A stretch of 64,000 nt of DNA from Geopsychrobacteraceae bacterium (GCA_963676795.2 CAXXTB010000001.1:32001-96000); one strand, 5' to 3'. Shown: positions 28,043 through 38,834, counted from the first letter of the stretch. Program-made: numbers and translations. The notes: generated by a model not told the origin, from the letters alone.

Positions 28043-30067
28043 TTAGATTGCGATCATCGACACCCGGTAGCAGCGCAGGCAACGCTCTGCCTCGCGCACC
28101 GCCTCCGAGTCCTTGAAGCCCAGCTCAACCTCTTCGTAGTTGCCGGTCTCGGCGCGCTCACGGCCGTGAATCTCGTACTGGTTGAAGCGCCCGACGGCAT
28201 CAAGCCAGCCGACGTTTTCATCCTCGTCGTAGACCTCAAGATAGTTGAGGATATCCTCGTGCAGATCGTCGTCGGTCAGGTAGGCAACCCCTTCTTCCAG
28301 CCAGCGGCCGACAACCTGAGCGGCCCGGTGGGCATTGCCGACGCAAGCAACGACGGTATAGGGACCGATCTCGGCCTCACCGCAGGCAAAGACCCCTTCG
28401 ATATCGGTCATCATCGTCCGTGACAGCGGATTGCCTTTACTGTCGCGCATCTCGGCACCCGAGCCCGTAGTCATCGGCACCGCCCTGGTCTTGACCGTGT
28501 TCCAATTGGAGACCCCAATACCGCTGTCTTCGGTAATGAAGGACAGGTCGGAGTCTTGGCCGATGGCCGGGATAACCGTATCGCACTCGATGATGAATTC
28601 GCTCCCGGCAACCGGCTTCGGCCGCCGCCGCCCGGAGGCATCCGGCTCACCAAGTTCCATGCGCTGGCACTCGATACCGGTCACCTGCCCCTTGGCGTCA
28701 GCAACGATCCGCTTCGGCAGCACCAGGAACTCGAACTTGACCCCTTCGACCTCGGCGCCGTCGACCTCCCAGGGTTCGGCCGGCATTTCCTCGCGGGTCC
28801 GGCGATAGAGCAGGATCGACTCGTCGGCCCCCTCGCGGACCGCAACACGGACACAGTCGATCGCCGTATTGCCGCCACCGACAACGCAGACCTTCTTGCC
28901 CATGCCGGAGTCTTTCCCCATATAGACATCACGCAGAAAGTCGATCCCGCCCTTGAGAAAACCCCTGTACCCCTTGTCTTCCCCTTCGACCCCCATCGCT
29001 TTCGATTTGTGGGCACCCGGTGCGATCAGCACGGCGTTATGTTTCTCTTTCAGCTCGGACAGGCTGATATCGACACCGACCTTGCAGTTGTAAACGATCT
29101 CGACCCCAAGCGACTGGATGATATCGATCTCACGCTGCAACAGGTGGCGCGGCATCCGGTAGGCAGGGATACCGACGGCGATCATACCGCCGCCGAACCC
29201 TTCCGGCAGGGTTTCATAGATGGTGCAGCCATAACCTTCCATGGCCAGGAAGAAGGCCGCCGTCAGGCCGGCCGGACCGGCACCGATAATTGCGACACTC
29301 TTCTCCTTGCGCGGTTTCGGCTGAAATTGCGGCTCGCGCTGATGCTGCCATTCATAGTCGGAGGCGGTGCGCTTGAGAACCATGATATTGACCGGTTCAT
29401 CAACCAGGGCCCGGCGGCAGGCAGTCTCACAGGGGTGCGGACAGACCCGGCCACAGACGGCCGGCAACGGCATGCTCTGGCGAATGATCTCCAGCGACTT
29501 GTCGAAGCGCCGGTTCCGGATTGCCTCAACATAGGCCGGGATATCGATATGGGCCGGACACTTGTCCTGGCAGGGCGCTGTCACCTTCGATTTATATTCG
29601 ACGTTACGGCCGGCAACGGCACTGCCGTCGATATAGGCCAGGTAGTTGTCACGGAAATGGACGATGCTGTCGACGATCGGAATGACCGAGGTCTGACAGA
29701 GGGTGCATTTGCAGTTCTGCAGCAATTCCCCCAGGGTCTCAATGGTCTGAAGATCCTGCTCCGATCCCTGCCCGGCGACAATCCGCGCCAGGGTATCCTG
29801 CATAACCCGGGTTCCCTTTTTACCGGGCGAACACTTGCCGCAGCAGTACTCTTCCTGAATACGTTTGGCATATTCAGCCGCCATCAATACGACATCGACG
29901 CTTTCGTCCTTGAGGATGAGACCGTCCCAGCCCATAAATGCGGCAATTTCGCGTTCGCCATCGAAGGCGACCGGCAGTTTCTTGCTCAATTCCAGGGAGC
30001 AGAGCTGATCGCCCTGGCGGTTATCGACAACCTGTCTTCCCCAGCTGGAGAATACAACCTTTGACAT
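28043..30067 (-). CDS. sfrB: NADPH oxidoreductase beta subunit (GltD-like flavoprotein; Geobacter SfrB type)
   Basis: MSKVVFSSWG, AAFMGWDG, CCGKCSPG, CPAHIDIP, CGRVCPHPCE, GAGPAG, GGGNTAID, RCLRCYR; matches recalled SfrB; GGAGG RBS before ATG 30067. Confidence 0.9.
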   Translation of the reverse strand: MSKVVFSSWGRQVVDNRQGDQLCSLELSKKLPVAFDGEREIAAFMGWDGLILKDESVDVVLMAAEYAKRIQEEYCCGKCSPGKKGTRVMQDTLARIVAGQGSEQDLQTIETLGELLQNCKCTLCQTSVIPIVDSIVHFRDNYLAYIDGSAVAGRNVEYKSKVTAPCQDKCPAHIDIPAYVEAIRNRRFDKSLEIIRQSMPLPAVCGRVCPHPCETACRRALVDEPVNIMVLKRTASDYEWQHQREPQFQPKPRKEKSVAIIGAGPAGLTAAFFLAMEGYGCTIYETLPEGFGGGMIAVGIPAYRMPRHLLQREIDIIQSLGVEIVYNCKVGVDISLSELKEKHNAVLIAPGAHKSKAMGVEGEDKGYRGFLKGGIDFLRDVYMGKDSGMGKKVCVVGGGNTAIDCVRVAVREGADESILLYRRTREEMPAEPWEVDGAEVEGVKFEFLVLPKRIVADAKGQVTGIECQRMELGEPDASGRRRPKPVAGSEFIIECDTVIPAIGQDSDLSFITEDSGIGVSNWNTVKTRAVPMTTGSGAEMRDSKGNPLSRTMMTDIEGVFACGEAEIGPYTVVACVGNAHRAAQVVGRWLEEGVAYLTDDDLHEDILNYLEVYDEDENVGWLDAVGRFNQYEIHGRERAETGNYEEVELGFKDSEAVREAERCLRCYRVSMIAI

Positions 30068-30275
30068 CTTTCCTCCTTTACCGTCTGGCCCGTGAAAAGG
30101 CCGACCCCACCCCCCGGGAGGTGGACTGTCCTGCAAAAATACGCAAACCGGGGTATAAAAAATTGAATGTGGCGACTGTCAGGATTACCAAAGCGAAAAT
30201 CCTTCGCCCATGTGGTCGAAGGAATAGATCCTGCCCTGACAAATCAGATATTCTGTCTGTGGAATGGTAAAGAAA

Positions 30276-30701
30276 TCACTTCTTCCAGGGAACTTCCGGA
30301 GGAGCTTTCTCGATCAGCCAGACACCTTGCTTGAGAGTCTTTTCCCGAATCAGAATCCACTCCTGAGTCCAGGTCCAGGTCCGAACCCGGCTCGACGGCA
30401 GGTGGTAATATTCCATTTCGTAGACAACTTCGGCACCGTTCTCTTTTTTCTCCAAATCAATCTTCTTGACCCGACTGTCGACAACAAAGAGGTCGGGATC
30501 CTCTTCAAACTGCGCCAGGAACTCCTCCTGGGCAGCAGGAACGACATAGCGCGACGCTCCGAAAAAATCCTTCCAGCGCAGCGCTTCGCAGAAATTATTC
30601 GTGGTCAGGACAAAATCGGTCGTCGGGTTGTACTTTTCGGTTCCGGCACAGCCGGTCAGAGCCAGCAGGAGAAAGAGCATGATGATCAGAAGTCTTTTCA
30701 T
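30276..30701 (-). CDS. Hypothetical lipoprotein
   Basis: MKRLLII...LTGC lipobox; last gene of the def-fmt-htpX-rsmB-rpe run. Confidence 0.7.
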   Translation of the reverse strand: MKRLLIIMLFLLLALTGCAGTEKYNPTTDFVLTTNNFCEALRWKDFFGASRYVVPAAQEEFLAQFEEDPDLFVVDSRVKKIDLEKKENGAEVVYEMEYYHLPSSRVRTWTWTQEWILIREKTLKQGVWLIEKAPPEVPWKK

Positions 30702-30717
30702 CGCGCTACCCTTCATC

Positions 30718-31383
30718 TCAGGCCCGCCCTGCAGCCGCATTCTGTTTCAGCCGGGCGATTGTTTCAGCGTAGTTGTCACTGCCGAATACAGCGCTACCGG
30801 CGACAAAAACATCAGCACCTGCTGCAGCAACCTTCTCGATATTGTCGACCTTGACACCGCCGTCGACTTCCAGCTCGATCGGCTTGCCGAGGGCGTCGAT
30901 CCGCTTGCGCAGTTCAGTGATTTTCGGCAGGCAGCTGTCGATGAACGACTGACCACCGAAACCCGGGTTGACGGTCATCAGCAGCACCAGGTCAAGATCG
31001 GGCAGAATCATGTCGAGAGCACTCAGTGAGGTCGCCGGATTGAGCGACACACCGGCCTTCTTGCCGAGCGACTTGATCAGCTGAACAGTCCGGTGCAGAT
31101 GGGTCGCAGCCTCGGCATGGACGACGATGATGTCGGCCCCCGCCTTGGCAAAATCCGCAATATAGAGATCCGGGTTCTCGATCATCAGGTGAACGTCGAG
31201 GGGCAGATCGGTGACCGGCCGGATCGCGTTGACGATCAGCGGACCGATGGTGATGTTCGGTACGAAGTGGCCGTCCATGACATCGACATGAACATAATCG
31301 GCGCCACCTTCAGCGATAGCGCGAACCTCATCACCCAGACGGGCGAAATCGGCAGACAGAATCGATGGTGCAATCTTCATCAT
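30718..31383 (-). CDS. rpe: Ribulose-phosphate 3-epimerase
   Basis: [39 protein letters not shown]. Confidence 0.97.
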   Translation of the reverse strand: MMKIAPSILSADFARLGDEVRAIAEGGADYVHVDVMDGHFVPNITIGPLIVNAIRPVTDLPLDVHLMIENPDLYIADFAKAGADIIVVHAEAATHLHRTVQLIKSLGKKAGVSLNPATSLSALDMILPDLDLVLLMTVNPGFGGQSFIDSCLPKITELRKRIDALGKPIELEVDGGVKVDNIEKVAAAGADVFVAGSAVFGSDNYAETIARLKQNAAAGRA

Positions 31384-31406
31384 AGAACTGGTTTACCTTT
31401 ATTCTT

Positions 31407-32762
31407 TCAATGTTCCCTGCGCCTGAAGCGGGCGGCAAAAAACGCATCCATCCCCCCGTGCAGGTGGGGATAGCTGCGCAAAGTCCCCTGCACTGTAAAC
31501 AGTTCTCGCCAGCAAGGCAAACTTTCTTGCAAATTTTCCAGGACAAACTGCGGATGTTCGTTCAGGAAGTCTTCGACAACCGCATCGGTTTCCAGGTGGC
31601 TGAAGGTACAGAGCGTGTAGAGCAGAATTCCCCCCGGCTTGACCAGATGCGAAACGTTATGCAGCAGGTGCTGCTGGAGAATCGCCAGCTCCTTGATGTT
31701 GGCCGGCCCCTTGTTCCAGCGCCCTTCCGGATTGCGGCGCAGCACACCCAGACCGCTGCACGGCGCATCAAGAAGGATCCGGTCAAAGCTCTCCGCTTCG
31801 AAAAAATCGGGGATCTCGGTCAGATCCCACTGTCTGGCCCTGATCGACGTGCAACCGAGCCGGGCCGCCCCGCTTTCGAGCAGCTCAACCCGCTGGGGGT
31901 ATTTTTCCAGGGCCATGATCTCGGCCTGGTTGGCGGTCAACGCGGCGATATGGGTGGTCTTGCCACCGGGCGCTGCACAGCAGTCGAGAATGCGCTGCCC
32001 CGGAGCCACATCGAGCAGGTGACTCATCAGAATACTCGCCTCGTCCTGCACCTGGTACCAGCCTTCGGCATCACCGGGCAGTGGGTTTTCTCCCCGCACG
32101 GTAACGGTGACAGCCTCCGGGGCAAAACAGCAGGGCACGGCACTGTGGCCGGCCTCTTCAAGGACTGCAAGAAAACGGTCGCGATCGGTTTTTAGGGTAT
32201 TGACCCGCAAGGTCAGCGGCGCAGGCTGACACAAACTGTCGGCCAGAAGGCGCGCTTCGGCATTCGGCAGGCGGCGCATCAGCTCCTTGGACAACCAGAC
32301 CGGGAACCCGCAGACCTGCTGCAGATAGGGCTTGATCTGTTCAGGGGCTGGCCAGGGGATCTCCGCCTTGCCCCGTTCCAGGGCACGCAGCACGCCGTTG
32401 ATAAAGCCGGTCGCCTTGTCCACCCCCAGGTCACGGGCCAGCTCGACCGAAGCGTTGACCGCCGCGTGGGCCGGAATCCGGTCAAGCTCGAGCAGCTGGT
32501 AAGCGCCCAGGCGCAGCAGAATAAGGACTTCAGGCTGAAGACGTTTGAGCGGCTGCGAACAGAACTGCTCCAGTGCGAAATCAAGCCGCCCCTGCAGGCG
32601 CAGACTGCCGTAGACCAGCTCGGTGACCAGGCGTTTGTCGCGCGGATCGAGATCGGCACGGCGCAAGGCACTGTCGAGGACCATATCGGAATAGGCCCCT
32701 TCAGCGACCCGGTTCAGCACCTCATAGGCGATCCAGCGAGGATTTTCTCTGTAGTTGGACAC
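31407..32762 (-). CDS. rsmB: 16S rRNA m5C967 methyltransferase
   Basis: NusB-like N-terminus; DCCAAPGGKT; LLDAPCSGLG; YTLCT. Confidence 0.95.
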   Translation of the reverse strand: MSNYRENPRWIAYEVLNRVAEGAYSDMVLDSALRRADLDPRDKRLVTELVYGSLRLQGRLDFALEQFCSQPLKRLQPEVLILLRLGAYQLLELDRIPAHAAVNASVELARDLGVDKATGFINGVLRALERGKAEIPWPAPEQIKPYLQQVCGFPVWLSKELMRRLPNAEARLLADSLCQPAPLTLRVNTLKTDRDRFLAVLEEAGHSAVPCCFAPEAVTVTVRGENPLPGDAEGWYQVQDEASILMSHLLDVAPGQRILDCCAAPGGKTTHIAALTANQAEIMALEKYPQRVELLESGAARLGCTSIRARQWDLTEIPDFFEAESFDRILLDAPCSGLGVLRRNPEGRWNKGPANIKELAILQQHLLHNVSHLVKPGGILLYTLCTFSHLETDAVVEDFLNEHPQFVLENLQESLPCWRELFTVQGTLRSYPHLHGGMDAFFAARFRRREH

Positions 32763-33593
32763 TTAGTACCGCATATTCTCGAGGCGACGAATCCGTTCCT
32801 CGATAGGGGGATGGGTGGAAAACAGGTTGGCCATCTTCTTGCCGGAGAGCGGATTGACAATGAACATATGGGCCGTCGCTTCGTTGACCTGCGGCATCGG
32901 CATGCGCTGATTGGCCATCTCCAGCTTGCGCAGCGCCCCGGCCAGGGCATGCGGGTTGCCGGCCAGCTGCGCGCCCTTGGCGTCAGCGCCGTACTCGCGC
33001 GAGCGGGAGATCGCCATCTGCACCAGCATGGCGGCAATCGGCGCCAGGATCATCATGGCAATCAGGGCCAGCGGGTTGCTGTCCTCATCGTCCCGGCCGC
33101 CACCGAAGATCAGTCCCCATTGGGCGATATGGGCCAGGTAGCTGATCGCGCCGGCGAAGGTTGCGGCAATCGAACCGATCAGGATGTCGCGGTTCTGAAC
33201 ATGGGCCATTTCATGGGCCATGACCCCCTTGAGTTCTTCACGGGTCAGGATCTGGACGATCCCTTCGGTTGCCGCGACAACGGCATGCTGCGGGTTACGC
33301 CCGGTGGCAAAGGCATTGGGGGTGTTCTGCGGCAGCACATAGACCTTCGGCATGATCAGGTTATTGCGTTCACAGAGTTCACTGACTACCTCATAGAGGG
33401 TCCCGCTGTTGGTCTCGCGGCCGCGGTACATCTTGATGACGATCCTGTCGGAGAACCAGTAGCTGCCGAGGTTCATCACGGCAGCCAGAATCAGCGCCAC
33501 AAGGGCTCCTCCCTGACCACCGAGGGCACCGCCGGCAAAGACCAGCACCAGGGTCAATAGGGTCATCAGCGCAATCGTCCGCATCGTGTTCAT
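32763..33593 (-). CDS. htpX: Zinc metalloprotease HtpX (M48)
   Basis: PNAFATGRNP, AHEMAH (HExxH), SRSREYGAD, FSTHPP; start at MNTMR. Confidence 0.95.
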   Translation of the reverse strand: MNTMRTIALMTLLTLVLVFAGGALGGQGGALVALILAAVMNLGSYWFSDRIVIKMYRGRETNSGTLYEVVSELCERNNLIMPKVYVLPQNTPNAFATGRNPQHAVVAATEGIVQILTREELKGVMAHEMAHVQNRDILIGSIAATFAGAISYLAHIAQWGLIFGGGRDDEDSNPLALIAMMILAPIAAMLVQMAISRSREYGADAKGAQLAGNPHALAGALRKLEMANQRMPMPQVNEATAHMFIVNPLSGKKMANLFSTHPPIEERIRRLENMRY

Positions 33594-33636
33594 CGTTCTC
33601 TTCCTTTTCCTGCTAAACGGGACTGAAGCTGAAAAA

Positions 33637-34578
33637 TCAACCCAGCCTGGTTCCAACCGGCAGCTGGCGACCACTCAGGAACGCTGCCGCCGGCAGACGT
33701 TTTTTCCCCGGCAGCTGCAGCTCGCCGATCAGCAGCGCGCCTTCGCCACAGGCGACCAGCACGCCATTCTTGTCAGCCGCGAGCACACAACCCGCGTCTC
33801 CTGAAGCCGTCGCGTCGACCCGGGTTGCGGCAATCTTGAGCACTTCACCTTCAAGAGCCGTGTAAGCTCCCGGCCAGGGCTCGAGGCCACGCACCTGGTT
33901 GTGGATCTGCTGGGCGCTGCGGCTCCAATCGATCAGACCGTCTTCCTTCTTCATCATGCTGGCATAGCAACTCAGGGAGTCGTCCTGCTTTTCGGCCTGC
34001 AGGGTTCCGGCACAGAGCTGCTTCAGGGTCTCATCCATCGCTTCGCGGCCGAGTACAGCGAGACGATCATGCAGCTCACCGGCAGTCTCATTCGGACCGA
34101 TGGTCAGGCTGCGCTTGACGAGCATATCGCCGGTATCGAGGCCGACATCCATCAGCATGGTGGTCACCCCGGTCTCTGTCTCGCCATCGACGATCGCCAT
34201 GTTGATCGGTGCCGCGCCACGGTATTTCGGCAGCAGCGAGGCATGGACATTGATGCAGTTGAACTTGGGAATATCGAGGACCGCCTTGGGCAAGATCTGG
34301 CCGTAGGCGACAACCACGATCAGGTCCGGCGCAAGAGCTTTGAGCTCTTCGATCGCCTGCGGATCACGCATCTTGAGCGGCTGAAAAACCGGGATCTCAT
34401 GCGTGAGGGCCAGCTCCTTGACCGGCGACATGGCCAGCTTCTTGCCGCGCCCCTTGGGCCGGTCGGGCTGGGTATAGACGCCGACCATCTGGCAACCGGC
34501 TGCGATCAACCCCTCGAGAGTGCCGACGGCAAACTCAGGGGTTCCCATAAACAGGGTGCGGATCTGTTCAGGCGACAT
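33637..34578 (-). CDS. fmt: Methionyl-tRNA formyltransferase
   Basis: FMGTPEFA, TQPDRPKGRG, NVHASLLPKYRGAAPI. Confidence 0.97.
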   Translation of the reverse strand: MSPEQIRTLFMGTPEFAVGTLEGLIAAGCQMVGVYTQPDRPKGRGKKLAMSPVKELALTHEIPVFQPLKMRDPQAIEELKALAPDLIVVVAYGQILPKAVLDIPKFNCINVHASLLPKYRGAAPINMAIVDGETETGVTTMLMDVGLDTGDMLVKRSLTIGPNETAGELHDRLAVLGREAMDETLKQLCAGTLQAEKQDDSLSCYASMMKKEDGLIDWSRSAQQIHNQVRGLEPWPGAYTALEGEVLKIAATRVDATASGDAGCVLAADKNGVLVACGEGALLIGELQLPGKKRLPAAAFLSGRQLPVGTRLG

Positions 34579-35092
34579 CTTCGGAGGCCTTTTCCTTCTG
34601 CATTTTTGCGTACTTCTTGCGGAACATCGACTTCTTCAGAGAGGAGAGATGATCGACAAAGAGCGTCCCTTCGAGGTGGTCGATCTCATGCTGAAAACCG
34701 ATGGCCAGCAGTCCGTCGGAAGTTCGCTCGTGCCAGTTCCCCTCAACATCCTGATAACGCATGGTCGCCTTGCGGTAACGGTTGACACTGGCGTAGTAGC
34801 CGGGCACCGAGAGACAGCCTTCCTCTTCGCACGATTCCCCTTCGCCACCGACAATCTCGGGATTGATCGCCACGATCAGATCGGCCGGATCATCCTTGGC
34901 GCTGCAATCGAGGATAATCACCCGCTTGAGCACGCCGATCTGCGGAGCAGCCAGGCCGACCCCGGGAGCGTCATACATGGTTTCGATCATGTCCTCGGTC
35001 AGTTGCTTTAGTTCTTCATCAAAAACGGTCACCGGTTCCGACTTTTGCTTGAGCAGCGGATCCGGGAAATGGAGTATCTGTCTTACAGCCAT
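34568..35092 (-). CDS. def: Peptide deformylase
   Basis: GVGLAAPQ, EGCLS, QHEIDHL. Confidence 0.97.
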   Translation of the reverse strand: MAVRQILHFPDPLLKQKSEPVTVFDEELKQLTEDMIETMYDAPGVGLAAPQIGVLKRVIILDCSAKDDPADLIVAINPEIVGGEGESCEEEGCLSVPGYYASVNRYRKATMRYQDVEGNWHERTSDGLLAIGFQHEIDHLEGTLFVDHLSSLKKSMFRKKYAKMQKEKASEDVA

Positions 35093-35137
35093 CTATCCTT
35101 CTTCCTGGTGGCAAACCACCTTTTTCATACTTAACCG

Positions 35138-35170
35138 AAAAAAAACCTTCGCCGTCGAAGGTTTCTTTTC
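35138..35170. terminator. Hairpin with T-tracts on both strands (terminator after the TauE gene)
   Basis: aaaccttcg-ccgt-cgaaggttt, flanked by an A-run and TTTTC. Confidence 0.5.
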
Positions 35171-35367
35171 ATGATACGTCGCTTGTCGGAATGAGTCAAC
35201 TTTGCAGTTCCGGCAGGTTATCCTGCTACGCAGAACCCAAATCCAGCCAAATCATCCCCTCTCCGCCGGTGCGCCTTCTCCTTTATGCCTGCAGTTTGGA
35301 TCCTCAGGGAGAAGACACAAAATCCGAAATTCACCCTAGAGTGACAACAAAACAGGACATGTCAGTG

Positions 35368-36126
35368 TCAAGGGAAGAGCAGCAGTTTGACGGCAAAAAC
35401 CAGGACGGTCAGCGTCACGACCTTCTTGATCCAGTCGTGCCCCTTGGCGACCGCCAGCTTTGGCCCGAGCATGCCGCCAATCGAATTGCCGACCGCCAGA
35501 CCGATACCGAGCAGGTAATCGACCTGACCGTGATAGATAAAAACAGCCAGGGCCAGCAGGGTATAGATAAAGACCACAAAGACCTTGATACCGTTGATGC
35601 GGATCAGGTCAAGACCGAAAGCGAGCAGGACCGGGATAATGATAAAACCGACCCCGGCCTGGACAAAACCGCCATAAATGCCGATGGCAAAGAAGGCCAT
35701 GACCAGAATCAGCTTTTTCAGTGGACTGAACGGACGCTCTTCGCGGCACAGCCGTTTCATCGGGTCGAGCGCAGTAAAGACCAGCACACAGATCATAATC
35801 ACCGCCAGCAGTCGGTTGAACAGCTGATCGTCGATATTGATCGCTAGGTTCGCACCGAGCCAGCTGCCGAGCAGCGCCGGCGGGGTACAGAGCAGAGCGA
35901 GATTGAGCGGCAGCGCGCCATGCTGACGGTAGCCGCGGATGGCAAAGATATTCTGAAAGACGATGGCGATGCGGTTGGTACCGTTGGCAATGGCGCTCGG
36001 CAGGCCCATGAAAATCAGCAGCGGCAGGGTCAGCAGTGAGCCGCCGCCGGCCAGGGTGTTGAGAATCCCGGCGACAATGCCGACCACAACCAGCAGCGGC
36101 AACTGCCAGAGATAGGCGGCGTCCAT
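35368..36126 (-). CDS. Sulfite exporter TauE/SafE family membrane protein
   Basis: AGGGSLL, ANGTNR, YGGFVQAGVG; ATG overlaps the tcdA stop (TGATG). Confidence 0.9.
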   Translation of the reverse strand: MDAAYLWQLPLLVVVGIVAGILNTLAGGGSLLTLPLLIFMGLPSAIANGTNRIAIVFQNIFAIRGYRQHGALPLNLALLCTPPALLGSWLGANLAINIDDQLFNRLLAVIMICVLVFTALDPMKRLCREERPFSPLKKLILVMAFFAIGIYGGFVQAGVGFIIIPVLLAFGLDLIRINGIKVFVVFIYTLLALAVFIYHGQVDYLLGIGLAVGNSIGGMLGPKLAVAKGHDWIKKVVTLTVLVFAVKLLLFP

Positions 36127-36848
36127 CACTTCAGCCCGGAGAGCTTCTGCAGAACCTCTCCGGCCATGGTCAGGCCGAAGATCGGCGGCAGATAGGAGGA
36201 ACTGCCAAGCACCGGCTTGCGTACCCCCTCTTCCTGACCATCCAGGGAACGGAACTCTTCCGTCGAATAGACGACCTGAACCCCCTTTTCGATGCCGCGC
36301 TTGCGCAGCTCGCGGCGCATGATGCGGGCCAGGCGGCATTTTTTCGTCTCGCCCAGATCCGCCAGCTGAACCAGTGACGGGTCGAGCTTGTTGGCCGCAC
36401 CCATCGACGAAATGATCGGGATATGCTGTTCACAACAGCTCTGAATCAGGTGAATCTTGGCTGTGATATTGTCGATGCAGTCGCAGACGAAAGAATAGGA
36501 TTCGCTCAGCAGCTCCCGGCTGGTTTCGGCATTGTAGGCCTGATGAACCGCCGTAACCTCGATCTCCGGATTGATCAGCCGACAGCGCTGCGCCATCACT
36601 TCGACCTTGGGGCGACCGACGCTGTTCTCCAGCGCATGCAGCTGGCGATTGATATTGCTGGTGCAGACCAGATCAAAATCGATCAGGGTCAGCCGCCCTA
36701 CCGCACCGCGGGCCAGCGCCTCGGCAACATAGCTGCCGACGCCACCGACGCCAAAGACAGCGACATGGGCACGGCCCAGGCGGGCGAGCGGCTCACTGCC
36801 GAAGAGCAGCTCAAGCCGGTCAAAACGTTTCTCTTTTTCAATACTCAT
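36126..36848 (-). CDS. tcdA: tRNA threonylcarbamoyladenosine dehydratase (ThiF family)
   Basis: GVGGVGS, SNINRQ, DCIDN, SSMGAA..LDP, VVYSTE. Confidence 0.88.
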   Translation of the reverse strand: MSIEKEKRFDRLELLFGSEPLARLGRAHVAVFGVGGVGSYVAEALARGAVGRLTLIDFDLVCTSNINRQLHALENSVGRPKVEVMAQRCRLINPEIEVTAVHQAYNAETSRELLSESYSFVCDCIDNITAKIHLIQSCCEQHIPIISSMGAANKLDPSLVQLADLGETKKCRLARIMRRELRKRGIEKGVQVVYSTEEFRSLDGQEEGVRKPVLGSSSYLPPIFGLTMAGEVLQKLSGLK

Positions 36849-37606
36849 TGGTCATCCCATTCCCAGTGAAACAGCTGCGCAGCGCTATGGCTGGTAACCC
36901 TGGCAACCTCCTCCAGCGGTATCTGCCTGATCTCCGCCAGCCGTTGCGCGACCGCGATCAGCTCCTGCGGCTGCTTGGTCTGGTAGGGATAATCGGTCTC
37001 CAGGACAAAAGATTCAAGCGGAAACCGTTTGACGACCTCAGCCAGCTTGCGTACCCCCGGCTTGAGCAACACGGTGCCGATCCCGAGCTTGAAACCGAAA
37101 TCGACCAGCCTGCGGGCGGTTTCGGCGCTCCCGGAAAAACCGTGCCAGATTCCGCCGGGCAGTCCCCGCCCAGTATATTCTTCAAGAATTTCCAGCACCT
37201 CCGGGGTGGTCTTGCGGGCGTGAAGCAGAATCGGCAGCTTTGCCCCACAGGCGATCTCCAGCTGCTCGCGGAACACCTGGCACTGCTTTTCAAGGCCTGG
37301 GCCAACGCCGGAATCGAGCCCGATCTCACCGATGGCGACAACCTCAGGCTCACGGGCCAGGCAGGCCAGCTGCTCGGCAGCCTGCGGCGACCAGAGCTCG
37401 GCGAAATAGGGGTGTAGCCCGAGCGCCGCATAAAGCCGGTTATGTTCGCGGGCCAGAGCCAGAAGATGCTCCCAGCTGTCCGGCTTGATGCCGGGGATCA
37501 CCAGGCGCTCTATTCCGGCAGCCGTAAGCTCGGGCAACAGACCAACCCCGCAACGGGCAAACTCCGGGGCATCAAAATGGATATGGGTATCGATATAACG
37601 GTTCAT
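36845..37606 (-). CDS. TatD family hydrolase/DNase
   Basis: IDTHIH, LGLHP, IGEIGLD, LHAR, LETD. Confidence 0.92.
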   Translation of the reverse strand: MNRYIDTHIHFDAPEFARCGVGLLPELTAAGIERLVIPGIKPDSWEHLLALAREHNRLYAALGLHPYFAELWSPQAAEQLACLAREPEVVAIGEIGLDSGVGPGLEKQCQVFREQLEIACGAKLPILLHARKTTPEVLEILEEYTGRGLPGGIWHGFSGSAETARRLVDFGFKLGIGTVLLKPGVRKLAEVVKRFPLESFVLETDYPYQTKQPQELIAVAQRLAEIRQIPLEEVARVTSHSAAQLFHWEWDDQ

Positions 37607-37642
37607 CTGTAGTTGTTCGCAGTCTGGTTCAAAACTGCCTGA

Positions 37643-38644
37643 TCAATCAGCGAGCAGATTGATCAGCACCCGGCGCTTGATCTGCCCCTTGAGAATCGCC
37701 TCGATCTTCTCATCGAGGCCTGCCAAGCCAACCTCCTCACACATCTCTTCCAGGTTGTCCGGCTTCCACTCCCTGGCGAGCCGGTTCCAGATCATCTGCC
37801 GCCGGTTCATCGGGCACTCGGCCGAATCGATGCCGGCCAGGTGTACGGCGCGCAGGATGAAAGGATAAACATTGAGATTCAGCTCGGCCGAAGCCACCAG
37901 GCCGCAGCTGGTGACGGCACCGTCATAGCGGGTCGATTTCAGCGCTGCAACCAGCATGTCCCCGCCGACACAATCGACCACACCCGCCCAGGTCGGTTTC
38001 ATCAGCGGTCGCTCACAGCCACTAAGCAGGGTTTCCCGACTGATGATCCTGCTGGCACCGAGCCTTTTCAGGTAATCCTCCTGATCCGGCTTGCCGGTCA
38101 CCGCGACCACCTCATAACCGAGCTTGCCGAGGATGGCCACCGCCATACTGCCGACGCCGCCGGTTGCACCGGTGACCAGCACCGGACCGGAATCGGCAGC
38201 CACCCCGTTGCGGATCAGTTCACTGACCGACTGCCCGGCGGTCAGACCGGCCGTGCCGAGGATCATGCTCTCCCGGAGCGACAGCCCTTCCGGCAAACGC
38301 TGGGCCCAGCGGCAGGGAACCCGGATATACTGACCGAAGCCGCCATCGGTCTCCATGCCGAGATCGAAGCTGGTCAAAAACACCTCTTCCCCCGGCTGCA
38401 CCTTGGAGGTGGAACAGGAAACAACGGTCCCGGCCGCGTCGATACCGGGGGTATGGGGAAACTCCTTCGTCACCCCGGGATGGCCGGTCGCCGACAGGGC
38501 ATCCTTGTAATTCAGCGAAGAGTAATGGACTTTGACGACCAGTTCCCCCTGCGGCAGATCATCGAGAGTACGGGTCACCAGGGAGCGGGTAAAATCACCC
38601 TGCGCTGTTTTTTCAACCAGAAGAGCCTTGAACTGCGTCGCCAT
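37643..38644 (-). CDS. YhdH/AcuI family NADPH quinone oxidoreductase (acryloyl-CoA reductase-like)
   Basis: YSSLNYKDAL, PGIDAAG, GTAGLTA, TGATGGVGS, PFILR. Confidence 0.9.
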   Translation of the reverse strand: MATQFKALLVEKTAQGDFTRSLVTRTLDDLPQGELVVKVHYSSLNYKDALSATGHPGVTKEFPHTPGIDAAGTVVSCSTSKVQPGEEVFLTSFDLGMETDGGFGQYIRVPCRWAQRLPEGLSLRESMILGTAGLTAGQSVSELIRNGVAADSGPVLVTGATGGVGSMAVAILGKLGYEVVAVTGKPDQEDYLKRLGASRIISRETLLSGCERPLMKPTWAGVVDCVGGDMLVAALKSTRYDGAVTSCGLVASAELNLNVYPFILRAVHLAGIDSAECPMNRRQMIWNRLAREWKPDNLEEMCEEVGLAGLDEKIEAILKGQIKRRVLINLLAD

Positions 38645-38834
38645 TTTCGTCTCCTTCACTCCGGGTCCGTGTATAAGTCGCTGAAAGAATCGACTGGCCG
38701 AAAAGCGTCGATCGGCCTTAAGCTTTCAGTCTAGCAGATCAGCGTTCAGGGCGAAAGAATAGCAGCAGCATTGAGCGGGGAGAGCATGAATAAGCAAACC
38801 GAGCGCACAACGCCAAATCCGTAAAAGAGTCTGA

